A stretch of DNA of 62,648 nt, filler included, from Sphacelaria rigidula (taxonomy: Eukaryota), in NCBI GenBank assembly GCA_964200075.2. It is 4 parts of 4 records of this genome, joined end to end, with 100 filler letters (N's around TTAATTAATTAA, not from the genome) between each part and the next. Parts side by side here need not be neighbours in the genome. Positions count along the whole stretch, not along the records: positions 15,689 to 31,275 come from CAXNAA020001683.1; positions 31,376 to 46,962 come from CAXNAA020001684.1; 2 more parts are not named here. One strand, given 5' to 3'. Both the position numbers and the translations under genes were made by a program. Below are positions 27,180-39,900 of this stretch, piece after piece. A model generated the notes under the pieces. It ran no database searches, was not told where the DNA came from, and was given only the letters and a program-made list of their open reading frames with translations. Numbering within the stretch: the first letter of the stretch is position 1; the number at the start of each line of letters is the position of its first letter.

Positions 27180-27338
27180 CCTCTAGACCGCGAGGTTAGT
27201 CTTCTGTTGAATCGGCATCAATTTCATGTGGAAAAAGGTATGCATGATCGAGAAAGACTAATCTTGCGGTCTAACCCTTAGACCGCTTGGAATTGATGCC
27301 GATTCACCAGAAGACTAACCTCGCGGTCTAAGGGTTAA
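27180..27338. mobile_element. Tandem pair of piggyBac-type MITEs
   Basis: tagaccgcgaggttagtc...gcggtctaacccttagaccgc...cgcggtctaagggttaa. Confidence 0.75.
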
Positions 27339-28795
27339 AGGTTGGCTCCAGCACGTCGCAACTCTGCGCTGGCCACGCGTACCGAAAACACACAGCTGGT
27401 CGTGCGTGGCCTTGCTCTGATCTGACCAAAATTCAATGAGAAACGATCATTTGCGTGAGACGCGCGCATAGCATCTGCACACAACGGGTCAGCAAAGGCA
27501 CGTTCTCGTTGGTAACTTGACATGCACGCGGTCATATTTCCTCCGATACAGAATGGATTTCCATCAAGCGAAAACTCCCCGGTGTGGATAAGCTAGGGCT
27601 AGCGGTGGAGCTAATGAGCGTGGGTGGTGGTTATCTGCGTGTTTTGCGGGGGCTCAGCAGTGTGCAGGTGTTTTGATGCCTGACTGCGTCTTGTCTGTGC
27701 AACTCGTACTCGTAGCGCAGAGATGTTTGTCCAACCCACTTCTGGAAACTATATTTTCCGACCTGTGTGCAGATCTGGGCTTCGATCTGGACCAAAAATG
27801 TTCTTGATACGAGTCAAACGAAGGCGAGCTGAGGATTTGTACGTAAACAATGGTTGGTACTATGGAAATGCCGCCAACCCTAACGCTAACCCCGACCAAG
27901 GCATACCGAGAACCCTCGGGCAAGGGGGTGCAGGGTATTCCCTAGGCAACGTGTGCATTGCCAGAGCTCAAATCGACGCCTTTCAGCCGATTTTGGACCA
28001 AAACACGTTCTGGACGAGCTGGGTCCACTGCTCACCTGCCCCAGACCATGAACTTTCTCAGAACTTTGTTCAATCTAAAATCAAGTAAAATCGAGTACCA
28101 AATATTGTACACGTACAAATCCTTAGCTCTACTGATCCTCAGCTCTACTGCTCAAACGAGAGGTCGTTCCGGGGTTATCATTCGCCAAAAACGGTTTTGA
28201 GGAACACGATAAACCACTTTCCATAAGGGGCTACCGGTATATCGCGCAACCGTCAAAATTCGAGTACAGTAGTGGTATTTCATGTAAGGTAATAGCGATC
28301 GACCCGCCCTCTATATGATATACGCCTGTGAATAGCTGGCGGGGTTCGTCGACATTCATGATGTTTCTGTTTCAGATAACAGTGGTGTGAATCTTGCAGT
28401 CAGGCTTTTGAGTCAGCTTTTGTCAGATGGACAGACAACAGTGTTACAGAATTCAGGCTTCTGTCGGACAATCTCAACACGAATTGCTTGATGAACAGGT
28501 ATCGTATGCACCGACGGCCAAGTAGAGGGCATGAACCTCAGCGGAACAAGTCCTCACGAAGATCTCTTTGCGATATGGTACCTAATTGCACAAGGTGGAA
28601 AAACAGCAAAGTCAGCAAGGCATGGATCCGTACAAAAGTGTTTCATCCCAACCGTCAACCAATGTGTTTTGAACGCTACTTCTTCAGCCTTTACATGTGT
28701 GTACAGTTTTGTACAGTCAGTACAGCCAGTACAACGGAAATAGAACAGAAGACAAGAGCATTACTTTCGTGTTTGAACGCCTCGACTGCACATAC

Positions 28796-29304
28796 CTCAA
28801 GTGAGAAGCTCGCCGCCGCGCGAAGCGATTGGTGCCATTTGCATTAGCACTATAATGCACCGTGCTTTCCTCGGTCTGGGATGGCTCGACCCGCGATGCA
28901 GGTGGCAGTAAAAGAGGCAGCGCACCCATCTTCCCACTGTCCGCACTACCCCGGATGCCCCCACCAACACGCCATTCCGACAACTCCAGCGACGTTGCTA
29001 ACTCCGCAACACTGGAGTTCGATAGACCCGAGCTCACGGAGGAATCGCTAGACTTCTTCAACTCGTATTTTGGGTGGCCGTGACAGCTTGCCCCACCCCC
29101 CGGCCCAGACGGCATCACCCCCTTGGCGTTGCTGGTGCCTCGTTCATGTGCCTGCCGTTGTTGTAGCTGCTGTTGCGTACTGTCTGGCATAACCCAGCTT
29201 TGTCGTCGGAGATGCTCGCTACTGTCGTCCATTGCATCGAATTCTGGATCGCTGTCTTCTCGTAGACGCTCGCCCCAGGAGCCGCGCTGCCCAGGGGACA
29301 TCAT
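28796..29304 (-). CDS. Probable exon of a host gene encoding a low-complexity (Ser/Gly/Gln-rich) protein of unknown function
   Basis: GC-rich open frame MMSPGQRGSWGERLREDSDPEFD...RRRASHLR, preceded by a C-rich tract ending AG and followed by donor AG|GTATGT; other exons not resolved. Confidence 0.5.
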
Positions 29305-31275
29305 CTTTCCGTCGTCGGGAAAGCCGCGTTGCGGTTGGATGGTAAGCAACGTGAGACAATGGGGAAATGTAAGATAGGGGTTGTTGGAACATGATATTTG
29401 ACCTACGGAAAAGTTCTGATCTGTCCCGCGATTATTGTTGCTATGTAAAACAGATATATTTTCATTTTTTCCCGAAACTCTCTTTGGTTGATGTAGTTTC
29501 TGGGTCATGTGTATCTAAATGAGTGCTACCACCAATGGATCATGGAGCACTTGCAATTGAAGTAAGATGTACTGTGTAGTGTACATCGGCATATTTTTCG
29601 TGTGTTGATTACTCTGAAAGTCTTTCAAGGAGGACTTCGAAACTCATCCTTCACTTTCAGACGAGGAATTTTGAATTTTCGTAAGCGCATCACCTTTGGC
29701 GTCAAACCCTCTTTTTCTGTTGAACCTTTATTAAAGTGGACCCCGGGAAAAATGTGAAGAACAATCACAATATATGCGTGAGTCAGAGATTGGGGGCTTC
29801 GGAACACAGTATGTCTGCTCTGATTTATTGATACTTGCGAACAGAGAGAAGCTACTACTACACTGTACTCAGCTGAAGCATAGGGTATGGTATTGTTCCG
29901 AAATGAGATCTGGCGGAGGGGTTAAAGCCCCCTACACGTATAACACAAGTGTGTAACCGTCGTCCACGATACCTCAACTCGCGACATCAACACAGGTGGA
30001 AACCAAGACATTCTCCAGACGGTGTCTGGCGTGTTCTTAGCCTCAAATCAAAACCAGCAGATAGCACTACAACACGTGGGTTGCTGCGAGCACGAGTACG
30101 ATGCAGCAAGCGATACGGCGAGGATCGAGCCTTTTGCGAGGTGGGAACCAAGCGGTGAGTAGTAAAGCTTACAACTTGAGTTTCGTCGCGCGGCCTGCAC
30201 TGTGCTGCATGCACCATGTCGGATGCACTGTGGTGCACACTGCAGGCTCTCATGGTCGATGGTGGACACCACCTTTGCGTGGTTGACGGGTGAGTATCAC
30301 ACCGAAAATGCGGGCAGGTGCGCGAACTTTTCCCTCTCGTCAAGCAAGAAGGACGAAATAAATAGACAGAGGAGGAAGGGTCGGTTATTGATGAAGATTG
30401 CGGCGCTCCAGCAGTGGTGCGTCCCCTGCACCTTCTGCGACGGGTAGTCCGAATATAGTGTATAATAATCCGACAGAGGACACTGATGCACAATCATGAT
30501 CTATCGTTGAGGATGCTCAAGCGAACTCGGCACGATCTCCGAAACCCATCAGTCGACAGTCCGACAGCGGTTATAGTTGTCAGATCGCGATGCCCACACG
30601 TGCACGAATTTTGCGTGGTGCTGTATGATGTACTTGTGCTGCATGTTGCACTTGGGTGACTTTGCGACCGAATGCAATGGTGTGCGTTTGCGAAGAGCGG
30701 GGACTGCAATCACAATGTCGCATGGATGCCTGCCTTTTGAAGCATCTGATATTACCCCTACGGTACTGAGGTTGCATCAGCACTGGCGATGGTGCTTGTG
30801 GGTACACTCGTTTGCTGACACGGTGGATAATTACGGTAGGGTCATTATAATTATGCTCGGAGGCGCGCACTACCCACCCCAAACGGGAAAATATACAGTG
30901 ATTGTACTGTAGAGGTCACGCACACGCAATAGTCCAGCAATACTCCGAATATATAGACAAGACTGTCCGCCCCGAGTCCCTGGCACGAGGGACTAGAGAT
31001 GTGAAAAATCAAATGAATATGATTGACCAGAGGATCCTGCATGTATTCCAACTCTCAAGACATTTAGGCCCCCAAGATCGAAATTCGGTGGATTTGGGGA
31101 GGGGTTTAGGGCTCATATCCACGCTATATCTTGTTGTGTCTGTTTTCGTCACACTTTTTCCCCTTCCCATTTCTCGGGAAGAGTCCGTGATCCGAAGGGC
31201 TCAGCACATCATTCCACGGTTAGGACAAATCAATACGACTCAAAATCACCAAATTCACGATTTCTTCTGCCTGAT

Positions 31276-31375
31276 NNNNNNNNNNNNNNNNNNNNNNNNN
31301 NNNNNNNNNNNNNNNNNNNTTAATTAATTAANNNNNNNNNNNNNNNNNNNNNNNNNNNNNNNNNNNNNNNNNNNN
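31276..31375. other. Artificial contig spacer
   Basis: N44-TTAATTAATTAA-N44. Confidence 0.97.
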
Positions 31376-31496
31376 TGACGACAACAAAAAAATGTTTTGT
31401 ATGTCAGGGCGTTTTTCTCGTCTTTGGGGTGTTCATAATAAAATCCCCCATTTTATTCCCCCCCCCCCCCCCCCCCCCCCCCCCCCGAAACAAAAG

Positions 31497-31910
31497 GTGG
31501 ATGATGACCAACCCGTTTCGAGACCCAACAATAGCTCAAGCAACAACAACAATAATCGTTCCATACTGGGATCCATCATGGAAGAACGCGAGAGGGCCGG
31601 CAGCGCCGTGTCTGTCGTGTCGCTGAAGAGCGTAGAGACCCCGACCGCGACGACAGCCAGCAGTGCCGGAGGTGCCCAGGGTACAAGCGGCTCGATCCCC
31701 TGGCGCGGCCGGCTGAGCTCCGCCAGCAGCAGACTGGCCGGGAGGTTGGGCAGAGCCGGCAGCGGTGCGCGAGAAGAACTTGATGATGAGGAGAAGCGAT
31801 CTGACTGCTACAGAACTGGTACTGGTGTAGCTGCGACCGGGTCAGTTGGAGATGATGATCGTGCGGGCGCGGATATGGGTATGGGTGAAGACGAAGAGGA
31901 GAAGGTGTAA
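31497..31910 (+). CDS. Terminal exon of a host gene (disordered, acidic C-terminus); upstream exons lie outside this contig
   Basis: Poly-C tract then caaaag|GTGGATGATGAC; open GC-rich frame to EDEEEKV-TAA; followed by simple-repeat-rich 3'UTR-like sequence. Confidence 0.65.
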   Translation: MDDDQPVSRPNNSSSNNNNNRSILGSIMEERERAGSAVSVVSLKSVETPTATTASSAGGAQGTSGSIPWRGRLSSASSRLAGRLGRAGSGAREELDDEEKRSDCYRTGTGVAATGSVGDDDRAGADMGMGEDEEEKV

Positions 31911-34900
31911 CAGAGATGAGATATATATATATATATATATATTTCCTCCTCTCCCGCCCATCCCCTGTCCTCCCGTCCCTCCTTTTCCTTTCTTTTTCTT
32001 CCCATTTTGTGGTCTGTTGTTTTTTGTCGCATCCACATTTAAGTCAGGACAGAAATGATATTTTTTTCGTGTGCTTCGCACGCCGAAACGTTAGATGCTA
32101 GCTTTGGAGAGATGTTCAGGTCAGAAGAGGTGGCTCAGCGGCTAGCTAGCGAAACAGGAAGGCTCACTCTTAGATGGTGAATTGGTTGGGCTGGGTTCGG
32201 GAAGGAATATATGACCCGATTTTTTTCTGGGGGGCGGGGGGGGGGGGACTGGAAGAAGGACAGGCACGACGTAATGCTGCTTTCCTTTGGTTTCGCGACA
32301 GATTAGTGGGTGTGGAGTTCATTTGGTTTGGGGATTAGAAATCGCTCTTGTGGGTTGGCTACTAGTGTGTTGTGTGCTGTTTTTATTATGTGTATCTTTA
32401 TTGCTGAGGGACGCACGCGGGTTTACTTGCGATGGTCGCTCCGCCTCTCATCACGCAAGTGGTTTATGCACTTGTTTGCGGGAGAGGCGGGGGTGGTCTC
32501 GAGTTCATGGGTGGTGGTGGTAAGATCGGTGTCTCGTCTGTTATGGCAACAGCTAGTTTCTAACAGTTGCGGCTCGCTACCCGACAAGCCTCTCAATAGT
32601 AGTGTTGGACAATTGGAAACATCACATGCGCACGGTCAATATTGTTGACATGCTGTGATGCGCTTGGCAGAGATGCACGGCAGAATTTGGAAGGTGCACC
32701 AGCTTGCTGAGCGACGATGCGTGGTTGGTGTGTTGCGCGTTTTCTCTCGGCATTTTATACGCTTTTTGTTGTCCCATCTACCCTTCCCCCCCGTTTGCAA
32801 TTCTAGGGGGGCTATCGAGTCGGAACGAGAGAGAGGATTCAAGATAGAGAAACTGGCATACGTTTTTTGTTAATTGTTAAAAAATATCGAGGTAGATCGT
32901 TTTCATTGGCCCGCCGATCGCAGAAATGCGTGTGTGTCGTGCTTCTCTGTGGCGCCGGCGGTTTCTATGTCTTCCCCTCCCCCCCTCCTCCCCTCTCGAT
33001 TCTCACACTCACTTTCGATTAGTTAGGCATATATGTTGTCTCATTGTCTTACTGTTGATTTGTTTAGTTATTTTTCCCCGTGCTCTTGTTCTTGTCCTTG
33101 GTTTTGGTTGGCTATTCATTTCTTGAATTTTTTTTAATAGTCATGTTGGCAGCGCTCGTGCCGATCATTCTCCAGTCTTGAGGGTATGAGTGTCTGATGT
33201 TTCCTATCCAAGTTATAGATAGTTGTCGTCGATGTTGCTCTATGTTCGCGGGGAAAGGTACGAGTGGCTCTTAGGGAGTCCTTTTTCGACGGTACTGTTT
33301 CCTCCTCAGTTGTTCGCTCCACGGGTGCTGATTCGTTGATGATGTATGAATAAAGTAGGTAAATACAGTCAAGTAGTTTTGTCATGATCCATCCCGTTTT
33401 TTTTTTTCGCTGCTTCTCTTCTTGGTCGTGCGTTCTTATTTTTATGCTCGACACATTTTGTTTGTCACTTGTTTTCTATGCTACAATATTCTGTTTTTGT
33501 CACGTCTCGTTTTTTTATTGTTGCGAGGATTGCCGAATACTCTGAGTTATTTGTCGGGTGGTGCACATGTATATATATACATGCATTTGTAGTAAGGCGC
33601 CTGTCCCCATAACATTTTGCTGTTTTTTCTCTGAGCGGGAAGAATTGGGAGATGACTGCGCTGCCACAGCACCATTTTTCTCGTTGGTGGTGTCAAACGT
33701 GATGGTGTTTGATGAGGCGTTGCGTGCGAGTACGTGTTCAGTCAGCCCGTCGCGATCGACGTTCGTGTGTTGGGTCTTACTCCTTTCTTGTCCTAGCCGT
33801 GCCGATTTTCGAGTCAACAGATGCCTCAACCCGAAATTTGCTGCAATGTCTCGTGTCGGCCGTAGCAGGTGCCCGGAGATCCTCGCCGTCGGTCGGTGTT
33901 GGATTCATACCGTCTTGCCTGAGCTTTGTTTTTTTCCTCCCTATTTTAGTCTACTTTGACATCGCAATGTCCCGGTGAAGAGCGGTCATGCTCCAGCCGT
34001 GACGATCAATAAAATTGGGGCAACTTCAGCAGACGTCCTGTCTTTCGCAGTGGATGAATTTGAGAAGCTTCCTGTTCATTTTCAGGGGGAGGGAGGGGGA
34101 GGGAAGGGCTGGGGGGGGAGCTGACATTGGCATTGAAAAATTGATTTTTGACAAGCTCGTGTGTGGTGGGTGTTCCTGGTAATGAATCGGGTTCCGGGAG
34201 GTTTTCAGCCCTTATTATTATTTTTTTTCCAATTTCTGTGTATGTGTTTATTTGTCTTTCCTTAGCCCAGAGGGAAGGTCTGAAGTGGAGTACTACCGTA
34301 GGTATTCACCGGTATGTGTTCTCGCTTTACAGGCCAAGAGCAGTCTGGAAAGTTAAAAGGAGTCCACAATAGTGATAACGCCCGCGGTTAGCGAATGTAC
34401 AGTTGGGATGACCTTCAATATTCTTTTATCCGATTATTGAGTTTTCGTTTGTGTGGTGGGTATACGATGTGTGGGGGGCGCGTGTTTTGACTAGCTCAGT
34501 GGACTCCCATGATAACATTGTAAGTACAGAAAATGTCTGCAGGGATAAGTGCAGCGCGCAGCCGAAACCTTACTGGGAGTCATTTTACTTACACGCGAAA
34601 CAGGGCACAGCAACCTCGCAGGGTCGCGGGAGAGACAGGAGCACCAGCGCCCGGATAGGTGGGGTGACGACTCGTGTACAGAGTCGCGCTGGGGGACTCT
34701 GCCAGGAGGTTTGCTCGGTGAGCATGATTCATCATCCAAGCCCGAGACTACTTAGGTTGGGGGGGCACCCCCACCTTCGTGCTTCCAAGTACACCGTACT
34801 GTCTCAGTGACAATTAACAGTGTTTTCGAGATGTTTAGAGTAGAGGATCTGATCGAGAGTGAGCAACGATCAAGCTATGAATAAATCGTTTCGGTTTCAA

Positions 34901-34979
34901 AATGACCCTCGACGAGGCCCGATATGCTTCCTGTGGTAGCTTGCCACTGAAGCCCCTGGTACCCTTGAGTAGGAGACGT

Positions 34980-35690
34980 CATCATACACGCCTGGCCCTC
35001 AAATAGGAGATTTCGGAAAGGCGAATATTGCCTGGAACAACGAGTATCGTGGTGGGAAGACCGCAAAACGTACCCAAAACGTTACTACATACGCCTGGAC
35101 CTCAAACGGCAGATTTTGGACAAGCGAATATCTACCGAGACAGCGAATATCAGTTGTTAGAAGACCGCAAAGCTCACTCAGAGCGTCATCATATATATAC
35201 GCCTGGATCTTAAGTAGGGGATTTTGGACAAGCGAATACTTCCTCGAACAGCGAATACGGTGGTGGGAAGACCGAAACACTCACCCAAAACGTGATCATA
35301 AACGCCTGGACTTCCAATGGGGGATTTTGGACAGGCGAATGTTTCCTGGAACTGCGAATATCGTGGTGTTTAGCCCGCAAAACATACCCAGAACGTTGTC
35401 ATATACGCCCGTACTTCAAACCGGAGATTCTGGACAGGCGAATATTTCCTGGAACACCGAGTATCGTGGTGGGAAGACCGAAAAACTCACCCATAACGTT
35501 ATTATGTAGGCGTGGACCTCAAATTGGAGATTTGGGACAGGCGACTGTCCCCTGGAACTGCGAATATCGTGGTGTTTAGCCCGCAAAACATACCCAGCAC
35601 GTTGTCATATACGCCCGTACTTCAAACCGGAGATTCTGGACCGGCAAATATTTCCTGGCCCATCGAATATCGTTGTGGGAAGACTATAGC
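34980..35690. repeat. ~103-bp satellite array, ~7 units
   Basis: Anchor gcgaata (or variant) at 35021, 35124, 35232, 35335, 35438, 35541 and 35644. Confidence 0.9.
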
Positions 35691-37425
35691 CATTGCCATA
35701 CGATCTGGACAAGAGGACTATCCACGAGGGACTCCTCCAGTAGCACTGGCCTCGTGCTCGACAAGTCCTTTCTCCCCAACATGCTATTATCAGAGGTATC
35801 TCAAACTCGGCGATCCTGAATCATTGGACAAATAGTCCAGGATCTCCTGGACTACGAGTTTGAGATACTTCAACAGAGATCCCGGAATGACATCGAGGAT
35901 TCCCCAAATGGATCTTTGAGGAAGTGTCGTGGTCGAGTCTCAGGGTAGCGTATCAAGCTCGTGAGACATGGGCTGGGGGTGGTGAAACACCAGCGGCCAG
36001 CGAAACCGTTACTGCAGGCAAGCAGTTGTACTGCACCAGAGACTCACCGAAGAGTTCGATTCAACCAGCACTGCATACATCATGCAAAGCACAGGCTTAC
36101 TTTCACGTGCAGAAGAGGTGCTCTTGTCTTGCTTGCAAGCGAGGTGTCTCCAAGTGGTGGCTGATAGCTTTGTGATTAGGCTTAGCTACTAGTTAGCTAC
36201 AACTGAAGTTGCTGGGTGATTGAAGTTGTGAGGACGAGGGGCTCCGGTCAATCAAGGACGCCCAATTGGAATACAACACCAACATGCGAATGGAATAAGA
36301 CCTACTACTGGACTTGCCACGCGTACTGCAAAACGCCTACTACACATACAGTCGATATCCGCCGTAACATCCCCCTCCATTGCTTCGTGCACGCTGCTAA
36401 TGGAAGGTAAGGGAAGTCACAGCTTAATGCACTCCGGGGGAGTTCCCTCTACCTTGTATGCCATCAGCCTAAGATCACGGTGGCGACGAGAAAACCGCAG
36501 AATTTCGGGGCTAAAATTAAGCGCGGGAAAAACTCGTCATGATATCGGAAGGATGGGCAAAACCTGGTTTTCAGGAAAAAGCCTGATCGCTTCGGGAAAA
36601 AATCTCTTACGCCCTTTCGGATCATAGCGAGTGCTTTCGCATGTGCTATGTCGTCTCGGGATCCCAGATACACTGGGAACAGAAACCACGGAGAATAGTC
36701 GGTGACTATTTTCCGATGGTAACGGCGCTTAGACACCCTTGATTGATTTACAATCCCGGGTAGTGTAGGACTCGCAAAAAGAGCTGACCCACTAAAAAAC
36801 CTCCAAAAAAAACACAGGTTCTTACAAATTGGGGATGGATCTTTTTTTGGGGATGGGCGAGGTCGAAAGTTGGACCGAAAAGTGCCCAAAACATTTCTCG
36901 GAAATATTGTTCTGTCATTTGTCTGACAGTCACCGGAGGTTTCGGCGGGCGTTCAGCGGAGGTAAGGATGTGACTACTGCCGAGTTTTATTGATCCGCAC
37001 TACTACTACTACTACTCTACTGCTGTACCGTATGCACTTGTTGTACAATATATAAACATGGCATCGTGCCGCGGATGTCGCCTTGCTGCATTCACTGCGA
37101 CGAGCAGATGTCCCAGGAAGGTATTTTGAACACGCCGTCCCTACTATCAACAGTGTCAACTACTCATTATTGGTGGCACCGCGTTCCATGAACGCGAACC
37201 TCAGATTCGTTGTAGTGACCGAAGGTAAGCGAAAAAGAAAGCCCTGGACCCCCTCCCCATTCTCCCCAGTGTAGGCCGGCCGAGGTGCGGAGGAGGGGGG
37301 GGGAGGTGTGGTAATGTTCACAGCACACTACATCCTACACACAAAACAAGTCACCTGACCTTAGAGTGACGAAAGCACCGGAACTGGGGAGAGGGGGTGG
37401 TATTTCTCACTACTATATACTAAGC

Positions 37426-37710
37426 TGCGCCCTGGTGGTCTGATGGTCCGACTGTCGCCATCAGGGGCGCAGAGGACGAGCGTTCGATTCCCCGTGTGTT
37501 GCTTTTCTTCTTCGCACTATGTGATGTCCACCGTGGAAAGCGTGAGGACGCGAGTAAACAACGTTGTCGTCTGAGTTTGTTTGACTGGGGTTGACGCGGT
37601 GGGGGAGTGCTCATCCAATCCGTGGGACCAAAATGCAAGGCGTGTACCGAGGAGAGATGAGTTAATCCCTTGAGACCACGGACTCATCTCGAGGAAGGGG
37701 AGGGGTTCAT
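37426..37710 (+). mobile_element. tRNA-derived SINE family B
   Basis: A-box TGGTCTGATGG and B-box GTTCGATTCC; body matches the reverse complement of 24675-24962. Confidence 0.75.
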
Positions 37711-38458
37711 AGTGCGACAAATACAAATATATATATTTTTTAAAATTTTACAAAATCCCTCAGAAACAGAGAAACAACACTGATTTCTATATAAAAAACG
37801 AGAAAAACAATATTTGTCGTGCCGCCCGAGGGGTGTGTGTGTGTGGAGGGGGCGGGGGGTTGTGAGGTTTCACACTATTGTTTTTTGTCCACCCTCTCAG
37901 CAACTCGCATTATTGTTGATATTCAGCGTGGTACTGTTGTTTCGAAGTACGTAGCCATCAACCATCTATCTCCCCGTTCTCCGTGCCGACACTTAAGTTA
38001 CTACTTACTGTACTCACTATTACCGCGGCATTCTTTCTTGCGCACGGGCATACCCACCCTTTCTGATATGGTGACCATAGCACACACACACAGTTGTTTG
38101 ATGGCCCCGCTACTATTTCTCACCCCCGCACCGACCCCGCCATAACCACAAGGTAACTAGGTAGGTGCGCCAGGCGGGCAATTGCTGGAAAGTACCCCTT
38201 CTGCTACGAACAGTGTAACAACAAGTGGTTGGTGGCACCACGGAAACACGAGAAGAACGTATACGATATCTGTTGAACGTAGTAGGGTGACGTTTTTGAA
38301 GCCCGCATTCATCAATCGTCAATGACATATGTTGTCATTCAAAACTGCGGGCATCTACCACGTCCTCTGCAGGTGTTACGTTTGTTTGACATTCCGCCAA
38401 AACGTTGCCCTCATCACTTAATCGATGCCGTCCGACCAACGCCACAAGGCCCCGTTTC

Positions 38459-39229
38459 CTACCCCACTTCACTCCCTGCCTCGACTTCTACGCCCCCCAC
38501 CCCCCCACCCTCCTTGCCTTCACTCGCGGCCCTTAATGTCGCCAACACCGTAGATGGGATCTTCTTTCCTTTGCCAATGAGTGCGGTGCACGTCGCAACA
38601 ATTCTAGATATGGGCTCCCAGCTGGATTCCTTTTCCCGCTTCCGCTTAGAGCGCCCCCCGCTTCCGCCACTAGTCTCACAGAATACGTAGCTCTCCGCGA
38701 ACGCGACTTTCCCGTACTCGTCAAGGCTCATGGATGCGGCACGTCTAAGAATGGCATCGCAGCACGGCCGTAGCCAATGCAGATCCACCCCACTCTCTCC
38801 GTCATCGCTAACACGCTTCGCCAAAACCTTTCCGATGACGAAAGGTGCCCCCGTGGCGATGAAGAAGGCAAAGCCACCTTCTTCGACAACAGAGTTATCG
38901 TCTCATGCTGGACGTCGCCCAGCCGTGCCCCTTGTTTGACGCCGGCCCCGTCTACCGCCACCTGGTTCATCATTACCGGTGCAATCGCTGTCTGAACAGC
39001 CTTCGTTGGCAAGCACGGTGTCGTCTCATGTTGGACGTCGCCCAGCAGTACCCCTTGTTGAACGCCGGCCACGTCTACCGCCATCCGGTTCATCGTCGTC
39101 CGCGCTATCGCTGTCTGCGTCAGAGGATGATGCAACAGGGGATTCGCTGCTGTCAGTGCATTGGTTTCCGTCCGAGGACGAAATGCCTTCCGAGCCCGAC
39201 CTTGGCGAGGGTTCTTCTGCAGACGACAT
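38459..39229 (-). pseudogene. Probable C-terminal coding remnant of the Sola-like transposase
   Basis: One continuous frame interrupted by TGA at 39028-39026 and 38905-38903, reading acidic linker then GFAFFIATGAPFVIGKV..VDLHWLRP..; same strand as and downstream of the core; assignment inferred. Confidence 0.45.
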
Positions 39230-39319
39230 GGTATAACACTAGGGTAGAATTAATATTGGGGTAGACTGCGGTTTTCCATCACATCCAGGCGATAGTCTGT
39301 GCTCAAGCTTTACTGACGG

Positions 39320-39900
39320 TACTTCCTCGATATTTGAGTAGATTTCTGCAGGTCGTATGCGATGTACCCAAAACTTGAGTAGATGATTCGAGGTCGTACC
39401 CAATCTACCCAACAGTTCAGTAGAGTATTTGAGGCCGTACTCGACCTTCTAGAAATTTGATTAGAGTGTTGAGGTCATTGACGAGTGATACTTTACACTC
39501 AAGTTTTACGAAGAGTGCTGACTCGGTATTTGAGTAGGGTATTTGAGGTCGTATTCGACCTACTCAAGATTCGGGGAGCGTAAATACCCGAGTATTTCCC
39601 GCGAATACCGTGAAGTACATCCACTACTCGACCTACCCTTCGAAACCTTCCACGCAGCTTATTCCACGTACTTCCGCGGAAACACATATGATTCCATGGA
39701 AGTTCGTCCGTCAAAATATTCACACGGACCTTGCATGAAAGCCCTAAACCTCGATGGCAGCTGCTTCGAGATAGCTCCCATCGAAGTCGTCCATCATATA
39801 GAACTAACGAACTTCCATGGAAATAAATTCGACCACGTTCCATCGAAGCTCTCGGCGACGTCCGCGAGCTTTCATGGACGCTGGTCGAAGTGCGGCAGAT
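39320..39900. repeat. Inserted repetitive DNA (ttgagtag..gaggtcgta units, then ttccatgga units) replacing the middle of the transposase gene
   Basis: Recurring short motifs; truncates the putative exon 8 at ~39900. Confidence 0.5.

Noticed and set aside
28796-31910. The 28.8-29.3 kb and 31.5-31.9 kb exons as one gene
   Set aside because: Opposite strands and different contigs
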